64,000 nt of DNA. Origin: Candidatus Nomurabacteria bacterium RIFCSPHIGHO2_01_FULL_37_25 (lineage in GTDB: Bacteria > Patescibacteriota > Minisyncoccia > Phycocordibacterales > UBA9973). The notes under the pieces are model-generated. The model searched no databases. It was not told the DNA's origin and saw nothing but the letters and a program-made list of their open reading frames with translations. Below, piece by piece: positions 1-10,005 of this stretch (the first letter of the stretch is position 1; the number at the start of each line of letters is the position of its first letter). A program made the position numbers and the translations under genes. The stretch covers positions 1,548 through 65,547 of the forward strand of contig MFTH01000015.1 in assembly GCA_001786765.1 (NCBI GenBank), read 5' to 3'.

Positions 1-317
1 CCAACTTGTTGATCTTTTGATAGGTGCTGTGACTTATGATATTAAATTTTCTAAAAATCTCGTTGATGGGTCAAAATATAAGCTTGAAGTTGTTGATTAT
101 TTAAAGAGGAAACTGGGAGCAGATTCTTTTCTCAAAGGGTTTAAGAATCATAATTTTAATATCTTTGTAGACAAAACAGACCATTTAGATATAAGTCAAA
201 ATAATGAAGCAAATGAAAAGGGGCTATCGTCCTAACGGTCGACGCCCCTTTTCTATACTGTATATTTAGTATATCAAGCGGTCGGTGTAAGTCAATAGTT
301 ATCCACAGTTTAATTTT

Positions 318-404
318 ATGGCACTACACAAAAATTTCCCAAAAGACCCATTTGTGATAAAAATGGCAACAGGCGCGGGCAAGACCACAGCGAAAATAGC
401 TTGA
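318..404 (+). pseudogene. Collapsed remnant of a type III restriction (Res)/DEAD-like helicase gene
   Basis: Manual translation MALHKNFPKDPFVIKMATGAGKTTAKIA*. A Walker A motif MATGxGKT directly follows a Res-like N-terminus, then a stop. Confidence 0.55.
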
Positions 405-468
405 ATCGGTAGTCTCTCCCCAGCCGAGAAATTATTGGAATATAAAAGTAAAAAATAACGAAACGAAT

Positions 469-1758
469 ATGGCCAGAATTTGGAATCATTCGACAAAACT
501 CATGACAGGTAAACACAAACAATCATCCTTCGACTACGCTCAGGACAGGAATACCCCTCTTAAACCCCATACCAGTTCGCTACGGGGCAAGCGAAAAGTC
601 TTCGTAGCAATATCAGGAGGGGTAGATAGCGCAGTTTCTGCGGCTTTACTTTTGAAAAAAGGTTACGAAGTCGTCGGGGTTTTTATTAAGACTTGGCACC
701 CGGATTTTTTAGAGTGTAACGAAGAAGAAGAGCGACGCGACGCTATGCGTATAGCGGCTCATTTAGACATTCCATTTTTGACTTTTGATTTCGAAGATGT
801 CTATAAAAAAGAAGTGGCGGATTATATGATTTCTGAATATAAAAAGGGGCGAACGCCAAATCCGGATGTAATGTGCAATAAAGAAGTAAAATTTGGCGCA
901 TTTCTTAAAAAAGCTATTTCAATGGGGGCAGATTTTGTGGCGACTGGGCATTATGCTCGTAATGAAAATTCAAAGAATTTTCCCGCCTTCGCCCTCGGAG
1001 ACATAGGACAGGGGACCCACGGCTCCCAAAATTCTTTGAATTTTCATTTACTAAAAGGTATTGATTTTTCTAAAGATCAAAGTTATTTTTTATGGACATT
1101 AAAACAAGAACAATTAAAAAAAATCTTATTCCCAATTGGGCATTTAAAAAAAATAGAAGTTCGTAAATTAGCTAAAAAATTTAATTTACCAGTAGCAGTA
1201 AAAAAGGATAGTCAAGGGATATGTTTTTTAGGCGATATAAATTTAAAAGAATTCTTAAAACATTATATTAAAGAAAAAAGAGGAAAAGTGCTTAACGAAA
1301 AGAGAGAAGTAATAGGATATCATAATGGGGTAGTTTTTCACACACTTGGAGAACGACATGGTTTTAGCATTACCAAAAAAAATCCAAATGATGGGCCGTA
1401 TTATATAATCGGTAAAAATATTAAAAAAAATATTCTGATAGTTTCGCAAAACAAAAATTTAATAAATTCCCCCGCCTTCGCCCTCGGAGACATAGGACAG
1501 GGGACCCACGGCTCCTCAAATTTATTAAATTTTGTTTTCCTGATAAAAAATGTAAATTGGATTCACGAAACACCAAAATTAAATAAAACTTACACAGCTC
1601 AAATTCGTTATCATGGAGAATTACTTTCTTGTAAGGTAAAAATTACTGGCAAAACAAAAGCAGAGATTGTTTTTCAAAAGCCAATATTAGTCGCTTCCGG
1701 TCAATCTTGCGTCATCTATGATGGGGATATTTGTTTAGGTGGAGGAGTGGCGCATTAA
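469..1758 (+). CDS. mnmA: tRNA 2-thiouridine synthase MnmA, with two in-frame palindromic insertions; true start uncertain
   Basis: SGGVDS, PNPDVMCN, ATGHYA, KDQSYFL, DSQGICF and GQSCVIY motifs. Confidence 0.97.
   Translation: MARIWNHSTKLMTGKHKQSSFDYAQDRNTPLKPHTSSLRGKRKVFVAISGGVDSAVSAALLLKKGYEVVGVFIKTWHPDFLECNEEEERRDAMRIAAHLDIPFLTFDFEDVYKKEVADYMISEYKKGRTPNPDVMCNKEVKFGAFLKKAISMGADFVATGHYARNENSKNFPAFALGDIGQGTHGSQNSLNFHLLKGIDFSKDQSYFLWTLKQEQLKKILFPIGHLKKIEVRKLAKKFNLPVAVKKDSQGICFLGDINLKEFLKHYIKEKRGKVLNEKREVIGYHNGVVFHTLGERHGFSITKKNPNDGPYYIIGKNIKKNILIVSQNKNLINSPAFALGDIGQGTHGSSNLLNFVFLIKNVNWIHETPKLNKTYTAQIRYHGELLSCKVKITGKTKAEIVFQKPILVASGQSCVIYDGDICLGGGVAH
961..1048. repeat. In-frame palindromic element, mnmA copy 1
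   Basis: 21-bp perfect inverted arms (961-981/1028-1048) around a GC-rich core; 982-1026 is identical to 1471-1515. Confidence 0.9.
1448..1538. repeat. In-frame palindromic element, mnmA copy 2
   Basis: About 20-bp inverted arms (1448-1468/1519-1538, one indel) around the same 45-bp core encoding PAFALGDIGQGTHGS. Confidence 0.9.
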
Positions 1759-1800
1759 TCTTTCTTTTTTATTTTTTTTATTATACAATCTTAGGATGCA

Positions 1801-1921
1801 ATCCCGTTAGAAGCTGCAGTAGCAATTTTATTCATAAATCATGTTTATAAAAAATATAAAATTTACTAATATAATCAGGCATAGTTGCAATTTACTGACT
1901 GCGACTTGCTTCTAACGGGAT
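1801..1921 (+). mobile_element. Start-codon-associated MITE-like hairpin element at alaS
   Basis: 14-bp TIR ATCCCGTTAGAAGC/GCTTCTAACGGGAT; GGATGCAATCC duplicated at 1794-1804 and 1918-1928. Confidence 0.8.
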
Positions 1922-3701
1922 GCAATCCAATGAAATAAGATCAAGATTTTTAAAATTTTTTGAAAATCGTGGACATAAAATAATTCCTTCGGCTTCGCTT
2001 GTTCCTCACAATGACCCTTCTGCGCTTTTTAATACGGCTGGAATGCAACCTCTAGTGCCTTATTTAATGGGACAAAAACATCCGACAGGAAAGCGTATTG
2101 CAGACGTGCAGAAATGCGTGCGCACAGGAGATCTGGATGATATTGGCGACAACAGGCATCTTTCTTTTTTTGAAATGATGGGCAACTGGTCTCTTGGAGA
2201 TTATTTTAAGGAAGATGCTATCAAGTGGAGTTACGAATTTTTGACTTCAAAAAAAGAAGGTCTTGGGCTTGATCCAAACCGGCTTTATTTTACAGTTTTT
2301 GAAGGAAATGAAAATGCGCCATATGATGAAGAATCAAAAAAAATTTGGATGAATTTGGGAATTCCAGAACATCGTATTTATGCGCTTCCAGCAGATGACA
2401 ATTGGTGGAGTCCGGGAGACAATGGTCCATCAGGCCCGTGTAGTGAAATGTTTTATGATATGGTAGGTGATGTGGGTGACATAAATCATAAAGAATTTTT
2501 GCTCGCAATTAAAGAAGAGCATGTAGTCGAAATCTGGAATGATGTGTTCATGGAATACGAAAAGAAAAATGGAAAAGTTGTTGGTAAATTAAAACAAAAA
2601 AATGTTGATACTGGCGCTGGACTTGAGAGAATTACAGCGGTGATGCAAGGCAAAAAAACTGCTTATGATACGGATTTATTTAAACCTGTAATGGAAATCA
2701 TAAAAGCCAAATCAAAAAATTACAATGCTAAATCGGCTCGTATAATCGCAGACCATTTGCGCGCTAGTATTTTTATAATTTCCGAAGGCGTATTGCCTTC
2801 TAATAATGGTAGAGAATACATATTGCGTCGTCTATTGCGCAGGGCTGTTAGGCATGCGGATAATATTGGTTTTCCAGAGAATAAACTTGCTCTTAGTTTG
2901 GCAGTGATATTCATAAAACAGTACGCTGAAATTTATCCAGAATTAAAAGAAAAAAAAGATTTAATCACAGGGCAGATTCTAAAGGAAGAAAACAGATTCA
3001 GGGAAACATTGTCTAAAGGTTTAAAAGAATTTGGAAAAGGCACAGATCCGTTTATTTTATTTACGACTTATGGTTTTCCAATAGAACTCACTCTTGAACT
3101 TGCAAAAGAAAAAGGAGTAAAAATTAATATTGAAGATTTTAATAGAAAGATGATAGAACATCAGAAACTTTCTCAAACTGCATCAGCAGGGATGTTTAAG
3201 GGGGGATTAGCGAATCATAATGAAAAGACAATCAAGCTTCACACCGCGCACCATTTGCTTTTGGCCGGACTTCAAAGTGTTGTAGATAAAAATGTAAAAC
3301 AGCGAGGCAGTAATATCACTGAAGAAAGGTTGCGAATAGATTTCACTTGTGACCATAAATTGACCGAGGAAGAAAAGAAAAAGGTGGAAGATTGGGTAAA
3401 TGATAAAATTAAACGGGGGTTAAATGTCGTGCGTAAAGAGATGCCACTTAAAGATGCAGAAAAAATTGGAGCAGAAATGGAATTTGGCGCTAAATACACA
3501 GATATAGTGTCTGTGTATTTTATAGAAGATAAAGCTGGCAATATTGTGTCAAAAGAATTTTGCGGTGGTCCGCATGTCAAGAATACGACAGAATTGTATT
3601 CTTCATTACGAGAAAAATCTGGGGATAATAGCCCATTTAAAATTCAAAAAGAAGAAGCAGTAGCGCAAGGAATTCGACGCATCAAAGCTGTACTTTTGTG
3701 A
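1920..3701 (+). CDS. alaS: Alanyl-tRNA synthetase, short form without C-Ala domain
   Basis: LFNTAGMQP, QKCVR, HLSFFEMMGNWS, DTGAGLER, editing HTAHH and CGGPHV. Confidence 0.97.
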   Translation: MQSNEIRSRFLKFFENRGHKIIPSASLVPHNDPSALFNTAGMQPLVPYLMGQKHPTGKRIADVQKCVRTGDLDDIGDNRHLSFFEMMGNWSLGDYFKEDAIKWSYEFLTSKKEGLGLDPNRLYFTVFEGNENAPYDEESKKIWMNLGIPEHRIYALPADDNWWSPGDNGPSGPCSEMFYDMVGDVGDINHKEFLLAIKEEHVVEIWNDVFMEYEKKNGKVVGKLKQKNVDTGAGLERITAVMQGKKTAYDTDLFKPVMEIIKAKSKNYNAKSARIIADHLRASIFIISEGVLPSNNGREYILRRLLRRAVRHADNIGFPENKLALSLAVIFIKQYAEIYPELKEKKDLITGQILKEENRFRETLSKGLKEFGKGTDPFILFTTYGFPIELTLELAKEKGVKINIEDFNRKMIEHQKLSQTASAGMFKGGLANHNEKTIKLHTAHHLLLAGLQSVVDKNVKQRGSNITEERLRIDFTCDHKLTEEEKKKVEDWVNDKIKRGLNVVRKEMPLKDAEKIGAEMEFGAKYTDIVSVYFIEDKAGNIVSKEFCGGPHVKNTTELYSSLREKSGDNSPFKIQKEEAVAQGIRRIKAVLL

Positions 3702-3713
3702 TACAATTAAGCG

Positions 3714-4913
3714 ATGGGAATTTTTTCGAGAAATAAAGAAAAAAGCAAATTAGTTCTGGTTTTTGATATTGGTTCTTCTTCTGTCGGGGGAACACTTTTT
3801 TATATGGAGAAGTCCAGAATTCCTAAAATAATTATGTCCCTCCGTGAGCCCATAATTTTACAAAAAACTCTTAATATTGATAAGTTTTTATCTTCAACCG
3901 CAAAATCTCTCGATATTGTCGTTAATAAAATTTATAAAGCAGGTATCGGGAAACCCGAAGCGATTTTTTGTGTTCTTTCGTCGCCTTGGCATGTTTCTCA
4001 AATTAGAGTTATCAGACTTGAAAAAAATACACCTTTCATTTTTACTACCAAGCTAGCTGATGATTTAATTCAAAAAGAAATAGCTCTTTTCAAAGAAGAG
4101 TATTTAGCAAAATATTTACACACAGAAAGCCCGGTGAGATTAATTGAATTCAAAAATATCAAAACAATGCTAAATGGCTATGAAACACTAAGTCCCCTAG
4201 AACAAAAAACTAAAGAATTTGAAATGACTATTTTTATTTCAGTTAGCTCAGAGTATATTTTAAAAAAAATAGAAGAAACAATCAGAAAATATTTTCATTT
4301 TAAAAATGTAAAATTCTCTTCTTTTACACTGTCTTCTTTTGCGGTAGCGCGTGATATAGATATTAACCAAAAGAATTTTCTTTTAATTGATATTGGCGGG
4401 GAAGTAACAGATATTTCTATGATAAAAAAGAATGCATTACATGAATCAATTTCTTTTCCATTAGGTCGTAATTTTATAGTACGAAAAGTTGCGTCCGCCT
4501 TAAGTTGTTCGCTTAGTGAAGCGCAATCATACATTTCTCTTTTACAAGACGGACATGCGACTGATTTTATGACAAAAAAACTTAAACCAGTTATAAATAA
4601 ATTCCAATTAGAATGGTTGTATGAGTTCCAGAAATCTTTAGCCAATCTTTCTAGTGATATTTTTATTCCCGCGACTATTTATCTGACTACAGATAAAGAC
4701 TTACTAGATTTTTTTCGTCAAACAATTGAAGCTGAACAGTTTAATCAATATACCTTAACCGAATCAAAATTTAAAGTTATTTTTTTGAGCGCGGAAGTTT
4801 TTCGTAATATGGTGGTATTTGGAAATGGTGTAATTCGTGACCCTAGCCTGATTATTGATTCTATTTATATAAATCGGTTTTTAACTGACTCCGTTTTATC
4901 GGAGCGAGTATAA
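3714..4913 (+). CDS. FtsA/PilM-like actin-fold ATPase
   Basis: VFDIGSSSV and LIDIGGEVTD phosphate motifs. Confidence 0.7.
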   Translation: MGIFSRNKEKSKLVLVFDIGSSSVGGTLFYMEKSRIPKIIMSLREPIILQKTLNIDKFLSSTAKSLDIVVNKIYKAGIGKPEAIFCVLSSPWHVSQIRVIRLEKNTPFIFTTKLADDLIQKEIALFKEEYLAKYLHTESPVRLIEFKNIKTMLNGYETLSPLEQKTKEFEMTIFISVSSEYILKKIEETIRKYFHFKNVKFSSFTLSSFAVARDIDINQKNFLLIDIGGEVTDISMIKKNALHESISFPLGRNFIVRKVASALSCSLSEAQSYISLLQDGHATDFMTKKLKPVINKFQLEWLYEFQKSLANLSSDIFIPATIYLTTDKDLLDFFRQTIEAEQFNQYTLTESKFKVIFLSAEVFRNMVVFGNGVIRDPSLIIDSIYINRFLTDSVLSERV

Positions 4914-4917
4914 TTTT

Positions 4918-6249
4918 ATGTCAAAATATTTACTGCAAGATATGATAAAAGCAAAAAATGCAAATCAGCAGACGCAAATACCTCAAAAAAAGGCTCGTTT
5001 TGACACTGTATTGTCAATAAAAAATTCTGCAAGAAACAATACAGATAATGTTTCGAGGGGGCAAGTAAATGGAACGCGGTACACACTTTGGTCTGTGGCA
5101 ATTATATCAATAATATTTTTTCTTTTTTCTCTTTCGTATTTATTTTTGAGCGCAGTGGTTACAGTAAATCCTAAAATACAAGAGATAACTTTGAACGAAA
5201 GTTTATCTGCTACCAAAGACTCCAATAAGGATGGTTTATTTTTCAATTTACTAGTAGACAATGTTTCTGGAGAAGAGAAGAGAGATATTCAAGCGAATGA
5301 GCAAAAAGATGTTTCAAATAAAGCCGTAGGCACTGCTGTCATTTTTAATTTTTTTAGTTCTTCTCCTCAAAGACTTTCCATAGACACAAGGCTTGAAGGT
5401 TCAAATGGTAAAATTTATAAAACACAGAAACAGTTAATCGTGCCGGGAATGAAAAATGACACTCCCGGGTCTATAGAAGTGGACATTTATGGAGCTGAAG
5501 CGGGCGAAGAATATAATAGTGGTCCGCTTGATTTTTCCATTTTTGGTTTTAAAGGAAGCCCTAAGTATTCTAAGTTTAAAGTGAGGACAAAGACTGGAAC
5601 AAAAATAACTGGTGGATTTATTGGAAAAGTTAATGTTATATCTGATACTGATAAGGCAGCTATTTTGACCGAATTAAATTCATCTCTTAAAACAAAGCTT
5701 TTAGCTAAAGCTACCAATCAGATTCCACCCGGTTTTATTCTTTTTAAAGATGCTATTTTTTTGAATACTGAAGAACCCATTATTTCTCTTACCCCGGATC
5801 AAAATAATAATTTTACAATAACACTCAAAGGCACTCTTTTCGGTTTTTTGTTGAATGAACAAAAATTGACACAAAAAATCGCGCAAGACAATATTGATAA
5901 ATATGATGGCAGTGACGTGTATATATCAAATATTAGAAATTTAACTTTTTCTATTTCTACCGTGCATGCGCAAGAATGGCAGACGAACCTTTCTGATAAA
6001 AAAAATATTCCTGTTGAAAATTTACAAAAGATAGATTTTAATTTATCTGGTGTTGCAAAAATCGTTTGGAAATTAGATGAGAATCAGCTGATAAATGATT
6101 TCTTGGGAAAATCAAAAAAAGATTTCAACCAAATACTATCAGAATATGACAACATTGATTCTGCTAATTTAAAAATCAGTCCTTTTTGGAAAACTTCTTT
6201 GCCTGATAAAATAAAAAATATAAAAATAATTATAAACTATCCTAAGTAA
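4918..6249 (+). CDS. Single-TM membrane protein, baseplate-J-like family typically paired with the FtsA-like gene in CPR
   Basis: TM segment near aa 55-80, KAVGTAVIFN, GEEYN, ITGGF, SPFW; adjacent to the FtsA-like gene. Confidence 0.55.
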   Translation: MSKYLLQDMIKAKNANQQTQIPQKKARFDTVLSIKNSARNNTDNVSRGQVNGTRYTLWSVAIISIIFFLFSLSYLFLSAVVTVNPKIQEITLNESLSATKDSNKDGLFFNLLVDNVSGEEKRDIQANEQKDVSNKAVGTAVIFNFFSSSPQRLSIDTRLEGSNGKIYKTQKQLIVPGMKNDTPGSIEVDIYGAEAGEEYNSGPLDFSIFGFKGSPKYSKFKVRTKTGTKITGGFIGKVNVISDTDKAAILTELNSSLKTKLLAKATNQIPPGFILFKDAIFLNTEEPIISLTPDQNNNFTITLKGTLFGFLLNEQKLTQKIAQDNIDKYDGSDVYISNIRNLTFSISTVHAQEWQTNLSDKKNIPVENLQKIDFNLSGVAKIVWKLDENQLINDFLGKSKKDFNQILSEYDNIDSANLKISPFWKTSLPDKIKNIKIIINYPK

Positions 6250-6252
6250 TCA

Positions 6253-6389
6253 TGAATTACGAAACTCGTCGAAGGCATGTCTTTTTTAGGGGGTTTCGAG
6301 GCTGTCGAGCCGAGAACTTCAGGATTTTTCAAGCTTCGAAAAATCCGTACCCTAGAAAAAGACATGCCTAGAAAGAGTTTCGTAATTCA
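6253..6389 (+). mobile_element. MITE/REP-like element of the GGCTGTCGAGCCGAG family, full copy
   Basis: About 38-bp imperfect TIRs TGAATTACGAAACTC...GGCATGTCTTTTTTAGGG; related copies at 27717, 34941, 38301 and 57856. Confidence 0.8.
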
Positions 6390-6487
6390 AAGTAAGTAAA
6401 ATATATCTCTTCTTGCGTTTGTGCTTTGTTTATATTGTGATATGATATAAATATGAAAAAGAGGAAAATAAAAGGTAAAATATTTTC

Positions 6488-6754
6488 ATGAGCGACCACA
6501 AGAATGAAAAATTGTTAATTGTTAAGGGAGCTATAACCGAAGCTTTACCCTCTACTTTATTTAAAGTGAAAATACTTACTAATAATGCTCCGCATAACAA
6601 TGCAAACTCCGAAGATAAAGAAAAAGAGCAGGAAATTTTAGCTTACCTTTCAGGGAAAATGCGTATGCATAGAATTAAAGTTTTAATTGGGGATTTAGTC
6701 GAAATTGTGCTTGATCCTTATGGAGGAAAGGGGAGGATAGTTAAAAGGTTGTAA
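6488..6754 (+). CDS. infA: Translation initiation factor IF-1 with a loop insertion
   Basis: EALPSTLF, LAYLSGKMRMHRIKVLIGD, GRIVKR. Confidence 0.95.
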   Translation: MSDHKNEKLLIVKGAITEALPSTLFKVKILTNNAPHNNANSEDKEKEQEILAYLSGKMRMHRIKVLIGDLVEIVLDPYGGKGRIVKRL

Positions 6755-6844
6755 TTTTTTTAAGAATAGTGTATTATGATGGAACGGTTTTAAAAAGAGT
6801 AATAGTATCCAAAAAATAAGGGTTTTTTCCTTGTTTTTTATTTT

Positions 6845-6955
6845 ATGAAAATTAAATCAGCGATAAAAAAAATTTGCGATAATTGTAAAGTTATCAGACG
6901 TCAAAGGCACTTAAGAGTGACTTGTTCTAATCCTAAGCATAAGCAAAAACAATAA
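6845..6955 (+). CDS. rpmJ: 50S ribosomal protein L36 (absent from the ORF track)
   Basis: Manual translation [36 protein letters not shown]; lies between infA and rpsM. Confidence 0.95.
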   Translation: MKIKSAIKKICDNCKVIRRQRHLRVTCSNPKHKQKQ

Positions 6956-6966
6956 TTTTATTTATT

Positions 6967-7347
6967 ATGAGAATACTTGGAATCACAATACCAAATGAAA
7001 AGAGGCTTGAAATCGGTCTGACTTGTCTTTATGGTATTGGTATTTCAAAAGCTCGTAAAATTTTAGATCAGTCTGGTATTGATCGTGGTCGTCGCGCAAA
7101 AGATTTAACTTTAGATGAAGAGAATAAAATTCGTATTGTAATTGAAGGAATTCTAATTGAAGGAAATTTAAAGAGAGAAATCGGAGCAAATATAAAGAGA
7201 ATAAAAGATATTAAAAGCTACCGAGGTATTCGTCATATAAAAAGATTGCCGGTTCGGGGACAAAGAACGAAAACAAATTCTAGAACTGTTCGGGGCAATG
7301 TCCGAAGGACAATGGCGTCAGGTAAAAGAAAAGAAAGCAAGACGTAA
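6967..7347 (+). CDS. rpsM: 30S ribosomal protein S13
   Basis: LYGIG, YRGIRH, LPVRGQRTKTNSRT. Confidence 0.97.
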   Translation: MRILGITIPNEKRLEIGLTCLYGIGISKARKILDQSGIDRGRRAKDLTLDEENKIRIVIEGILIEGNLKREIGANIKRIKDIKSYRGIRHIKRLPVRGQRTKTNSRTVRGNVRRTMASGKRKESKT

Positions 7348-7407
7348 AATATAAAAATCTTAGAGTATCAAGCAAATAGAAAAAGTTAAAGTCTAAAGCT
7401 TAAACAA

Positions 7408-7839
7408 ATGTCAAAAACTAAAACAACAGAAGAAATAAAAGTAGAAACTGAAACAGAAGCCAAAAAGGCTTCACCAAAAACACCTAAAAAGAAAGTAATT
7501 TCTGGCACTCTATCTATTGATGCTACTTTTAATAACACTAAAGTTCTTTTAGCGGATAAGACGGGTAATACATTGTTTTGGTCGAGCGCGGGAAGTTTAG
7601 GTTTTAGGGGAGCAAAAAAAGGAACTCCTTTCGCAGCTTCTAAAGTAGGTGATATTATTGGAGGTAAAGCCGCAATGCTTGGAATCAAAGATGTGAATGT
7701 AGTGGTTATGGGAGTTGGGTCTGGTCGTGAGCCTGCAATTAGAGCGTTTATGGCTCATGGAATGGAAATTACTTCTGTTGCTGACGCGACACCAGTTCCT
7801 CATAATGGACCGAAGGCTAAAAAACCTAGAAGGGTATAG
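7408..7839 (+). CDS. rpsK: 30S ribosomal protein S11
   Basis: ATFNNT, WSSAG, KKGTPFAA, TPVPHNG. Confidence 0.97.
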   Translation: MSKTKTTEEIKVETETEAKKASPKTPKKKVISGTLSIDATFNNTKVLLADKTGNTLFWSSAGSLGFRGAKKGTPFAASKVGDIIGGKAAMLGIKDVNVVVMGVGSGREPAIRAFMAHGMEITSVADATPVPHNGPKAKKPRRV

Positions 7840-7874
7840 AAGAATTATAAAATTATTAGAGTATAATTTTAAAA

Positions 7875-8480
7875 ATGTTAAGTAAACCAAAATTCAAAAT
7901 TTGCAGAAGGTTAGGCCCCGGTGTTTATGACAAGTGTCAAACTGCTAAATTTTCGGCTACCACTGGCAAGATGGCTTTGGCCGGCGCGCGTCGTCCTAAA
8001 GCCCCGACTGAATACGGCACACAGCTTATTGAAAAACAAAAAATAAGATTTTCATACGGAATTACTGAACGTCAACTCTCTAATTATGTTAAAAAGGCTT
8101 CTAGCGCCAAAGGCGCTGGCACCGCAGAAAAACTCTATGAAAGATTAGAATTTCGTCTTGATAATGCAATTTACAGAATGGGTCTCGGAGCAAGTCGTCG
8201 CGCTACCAGACAAATGGTTTCCCATGGGCATTTCATTGTTAATGATAAAAGGGTTACTATTCCGTCATATGAATTAAAATTTGGAGACATTATAAAAATT
8301 CGCGAAGGTTCTAAAGGAAAGAAAATTTTTAATAAAATAGCCGAAAATTTAAAAGATTACAATTCTCCAGCTTGGGTAAGTTTTGATATTAATAGCATGG
8401 AGGGGAAAATTTTAGATAAACCGAAAAATATGGAAGGTTTTATTGATCTTAATGCTGTGCTTGAATTTTATAGTCGTTAA
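7875..8480 (+). CDS. rpsD: 30S ribosomal protein S4
   Basis: EYGTQLIEKQK, RLDNAIYRMG, RQMVSHGH, EFYSR. Confidence 0.97.
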   Translation: MLSKPKFKICRRLGPGVYDKCQTAKFSATTGKMALAGARRPKAPTEYGTQLIEKQKIRFSYGITERQLSNYVKKASSAKGAGTAEKLYERLEFRLDNAIYRMGLGASRRATRQMVSHGHFIVNDKRVTIPSYELKFGDIIKIREGSKGKKIFNKIAENLKDYNSPAWVSFDINSMEGKILDKPKNMEGFIDLNAVLEFYSR

Positions 8481-8538
8481 ATTATTCCACTAGAGGTGGA
8501 CAAGTATTATTAAAATTAAAAGTAACTTTATATAAATT

Positions 8539-9522
8539 ATGCCTGAATATAAAATTGTTATGCCTTCCAAACCTCGTATTTTAGTAGAGGAGGGAAATAA
8601 GGGAGTTTTTGAAATAGACGGTCTATATCCGGGGTATGGTCATACTCTAGGAAATAGTTTGAGGAGAATTATTCTTTCTTCACTACCGGGCGCTAGCCTC
8701 ACCTCTATCAAGATTGAAGGTGTAAATCACGAATTTCAAACGCTTGATGGAATCAAAGAAGATGTAATTGTGATGATTCTAAATTTAAAAAATATTCGTT
8801 TTAAGATGATATCTGATGAACCACAAGTAGTAACACTTTCTATTAAAGGTCCAAAAGAAGTTACAGCAGGACACATAACAACTGGTGGACAAGTAGAAAT
8901 TTTAAATCCCGAACTTCATATAGTGGAAGTTACTGGCAAAGTCAACTTAAATATTGAGATGAGAATTGAAAAAGGATTAGGATTTATTTCCAAAGAAATT
9001 TTTCAGAAAGAAAAAGTGGATGTCGGCACGATTGCTGTTGATGCTATTTTTACTCCCATTCGCCGAGTTTCTTATGAAGTTGAAAATATGCGTGTTGGTG
9101 ATAAAACTAACCACAATCGCTTAAGAATCTTGATTGAAACAGATGGAACACTAACACCACAGGAAGCGCTTTCGCAATCTATAGAAATTATGATAAACCA
9201 GTTAAAGGCTATTATTGATTTTAAAGAACCGGAAAAAATCAAAATTGGAAAAGATGAATTAAAAGAAGATGAAATGACTGGGGATATGGACAATGATATG
9301 AAAAAAGGGGCAGATTTTACTGATATTCTGAAAACTAGAACTGACAGTTTGGGTTTTTCTACTAGAACATTGAATGCTTTAACTGGCGCAAATATTCGCA
9401 CATTAGGAGGATTAGCCAGAAAGAAAAAAGAAGACTTGCTTGAAATTGAAGGTATTGGTGAAAAAGGAATTCATGAAATTAAAAAAGCGCTCAGTAAATT
9501 TGGGCTTAATTTAAAAGAATAG
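8539..9522 (+). CDS. rpoA: RNA polymerase alpha subunit
   Basis: GYGHTLGNSLRRIILSSLPG, DAIFTPI, alpha-CTD. Confidence 0.98.
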   Translation: MPEYKIVMPSKPRILVEEGNKGVFEIDGLYPGYGHTLGNSLRRIILSSLPGASLTSIKIEGVNHEFQTLDGIKEDVIVMILNLKNIRFKMISDEPQVVTLSIKGPKEVTAGHITTGGQVEILNPELHIVEVTGKVNLNIEMRIEKGLGFISKEIFQKEKVDVGTIAVDAIFTPIRRVSYEVENMRVGDKTNHNRLRILIETDGTLTPQEALSQSIEIMINQLKAIIDFKEPEKIKIGKDELKEDEMTGDMDNDMKKGADFTDILKTRTDSLGFSTRTLNALTGANIRTLGGLARKKKEDLLEIEGIGEKGIHEIKKALSKFGLNLKE

Positions 9523-9531
9523 AAGAATAGT

Positions 9532-9885
9532 ATGAGACATAGCAATAACAAAAGAAAATTTGGTAGAGTTAAAAAAGTCAGGAATGCCTTGATTAATTCC
9601 TTGGCGCTTAATCTAATAGCGCGCGGAAAAATAAAGACGACTCTAGCTAAAGCTAAAGAAATGAGACCTTTTGTTGAAAAACTTGTGACTAGCGCCAAGC
9701 GTGGCGATATAGCTACTCGTCGACTTGTAATTTCATCACTTTCAAATCGAAGAAGCGAAGTCAAAAAACTTTTTGAAGTTATCGCGCCAAAGTACATAGA
9801 TAGAAAAGGAGGATACACAAGAATTTTAAAGTTGGGTCCGAGAATTTCAGACGGAGCTCAAATGGCAATTATAGAATTTATATGA
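9532..9885 (+). CDS. rplQ: 50S ribosomal protein L17
   Basis: MRH start, IKTTLAKAKE, RKGGYTRILK. Confidence 0.97.
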   Translation: MRHSNNKRKFGRVKKVRNALINSLALNLIARGKIKTTLAKAKEMRPFVEKLVTSAKRGDIATRRLVISSLSNRRSEVKKLFEVIAPKYIDRKGGYTRILKLGPRISDGAQMAIIEFI

Positions 9886-10005
9886 TCCCGAACGAAATCG
9901 CGGACGCATAAAATAAGTAAAATTATGAAACTGATTAAATATTTTATAAATAATAATAAAAAGGACAACGAAGCGTAAGCGTACGCGTCCTATTTCGTAC
10001 GGGAT
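9885..10005 (+). mobile_element. Start-codon-associated hairpin element at rplM (divergent copy)
   Basis: ATCCCGAACGAAAT/ATTTCGTACGGGAT arms, 121 bp; ATGA at 9882-9885 and 10004-10007. Confidence 0.7.

Noticed and set aside
17-235. 72-aa ORF at the window edge
   Set aside because: Probably the tail of a gene starting before the window; no motif allows a call.
4918-6249. Prophage, suggested by the baseplate-J-like gene
   Set aside because: No other phage genes nearby; the gene is paired with the FtsA-like gene in a housekeeping context.
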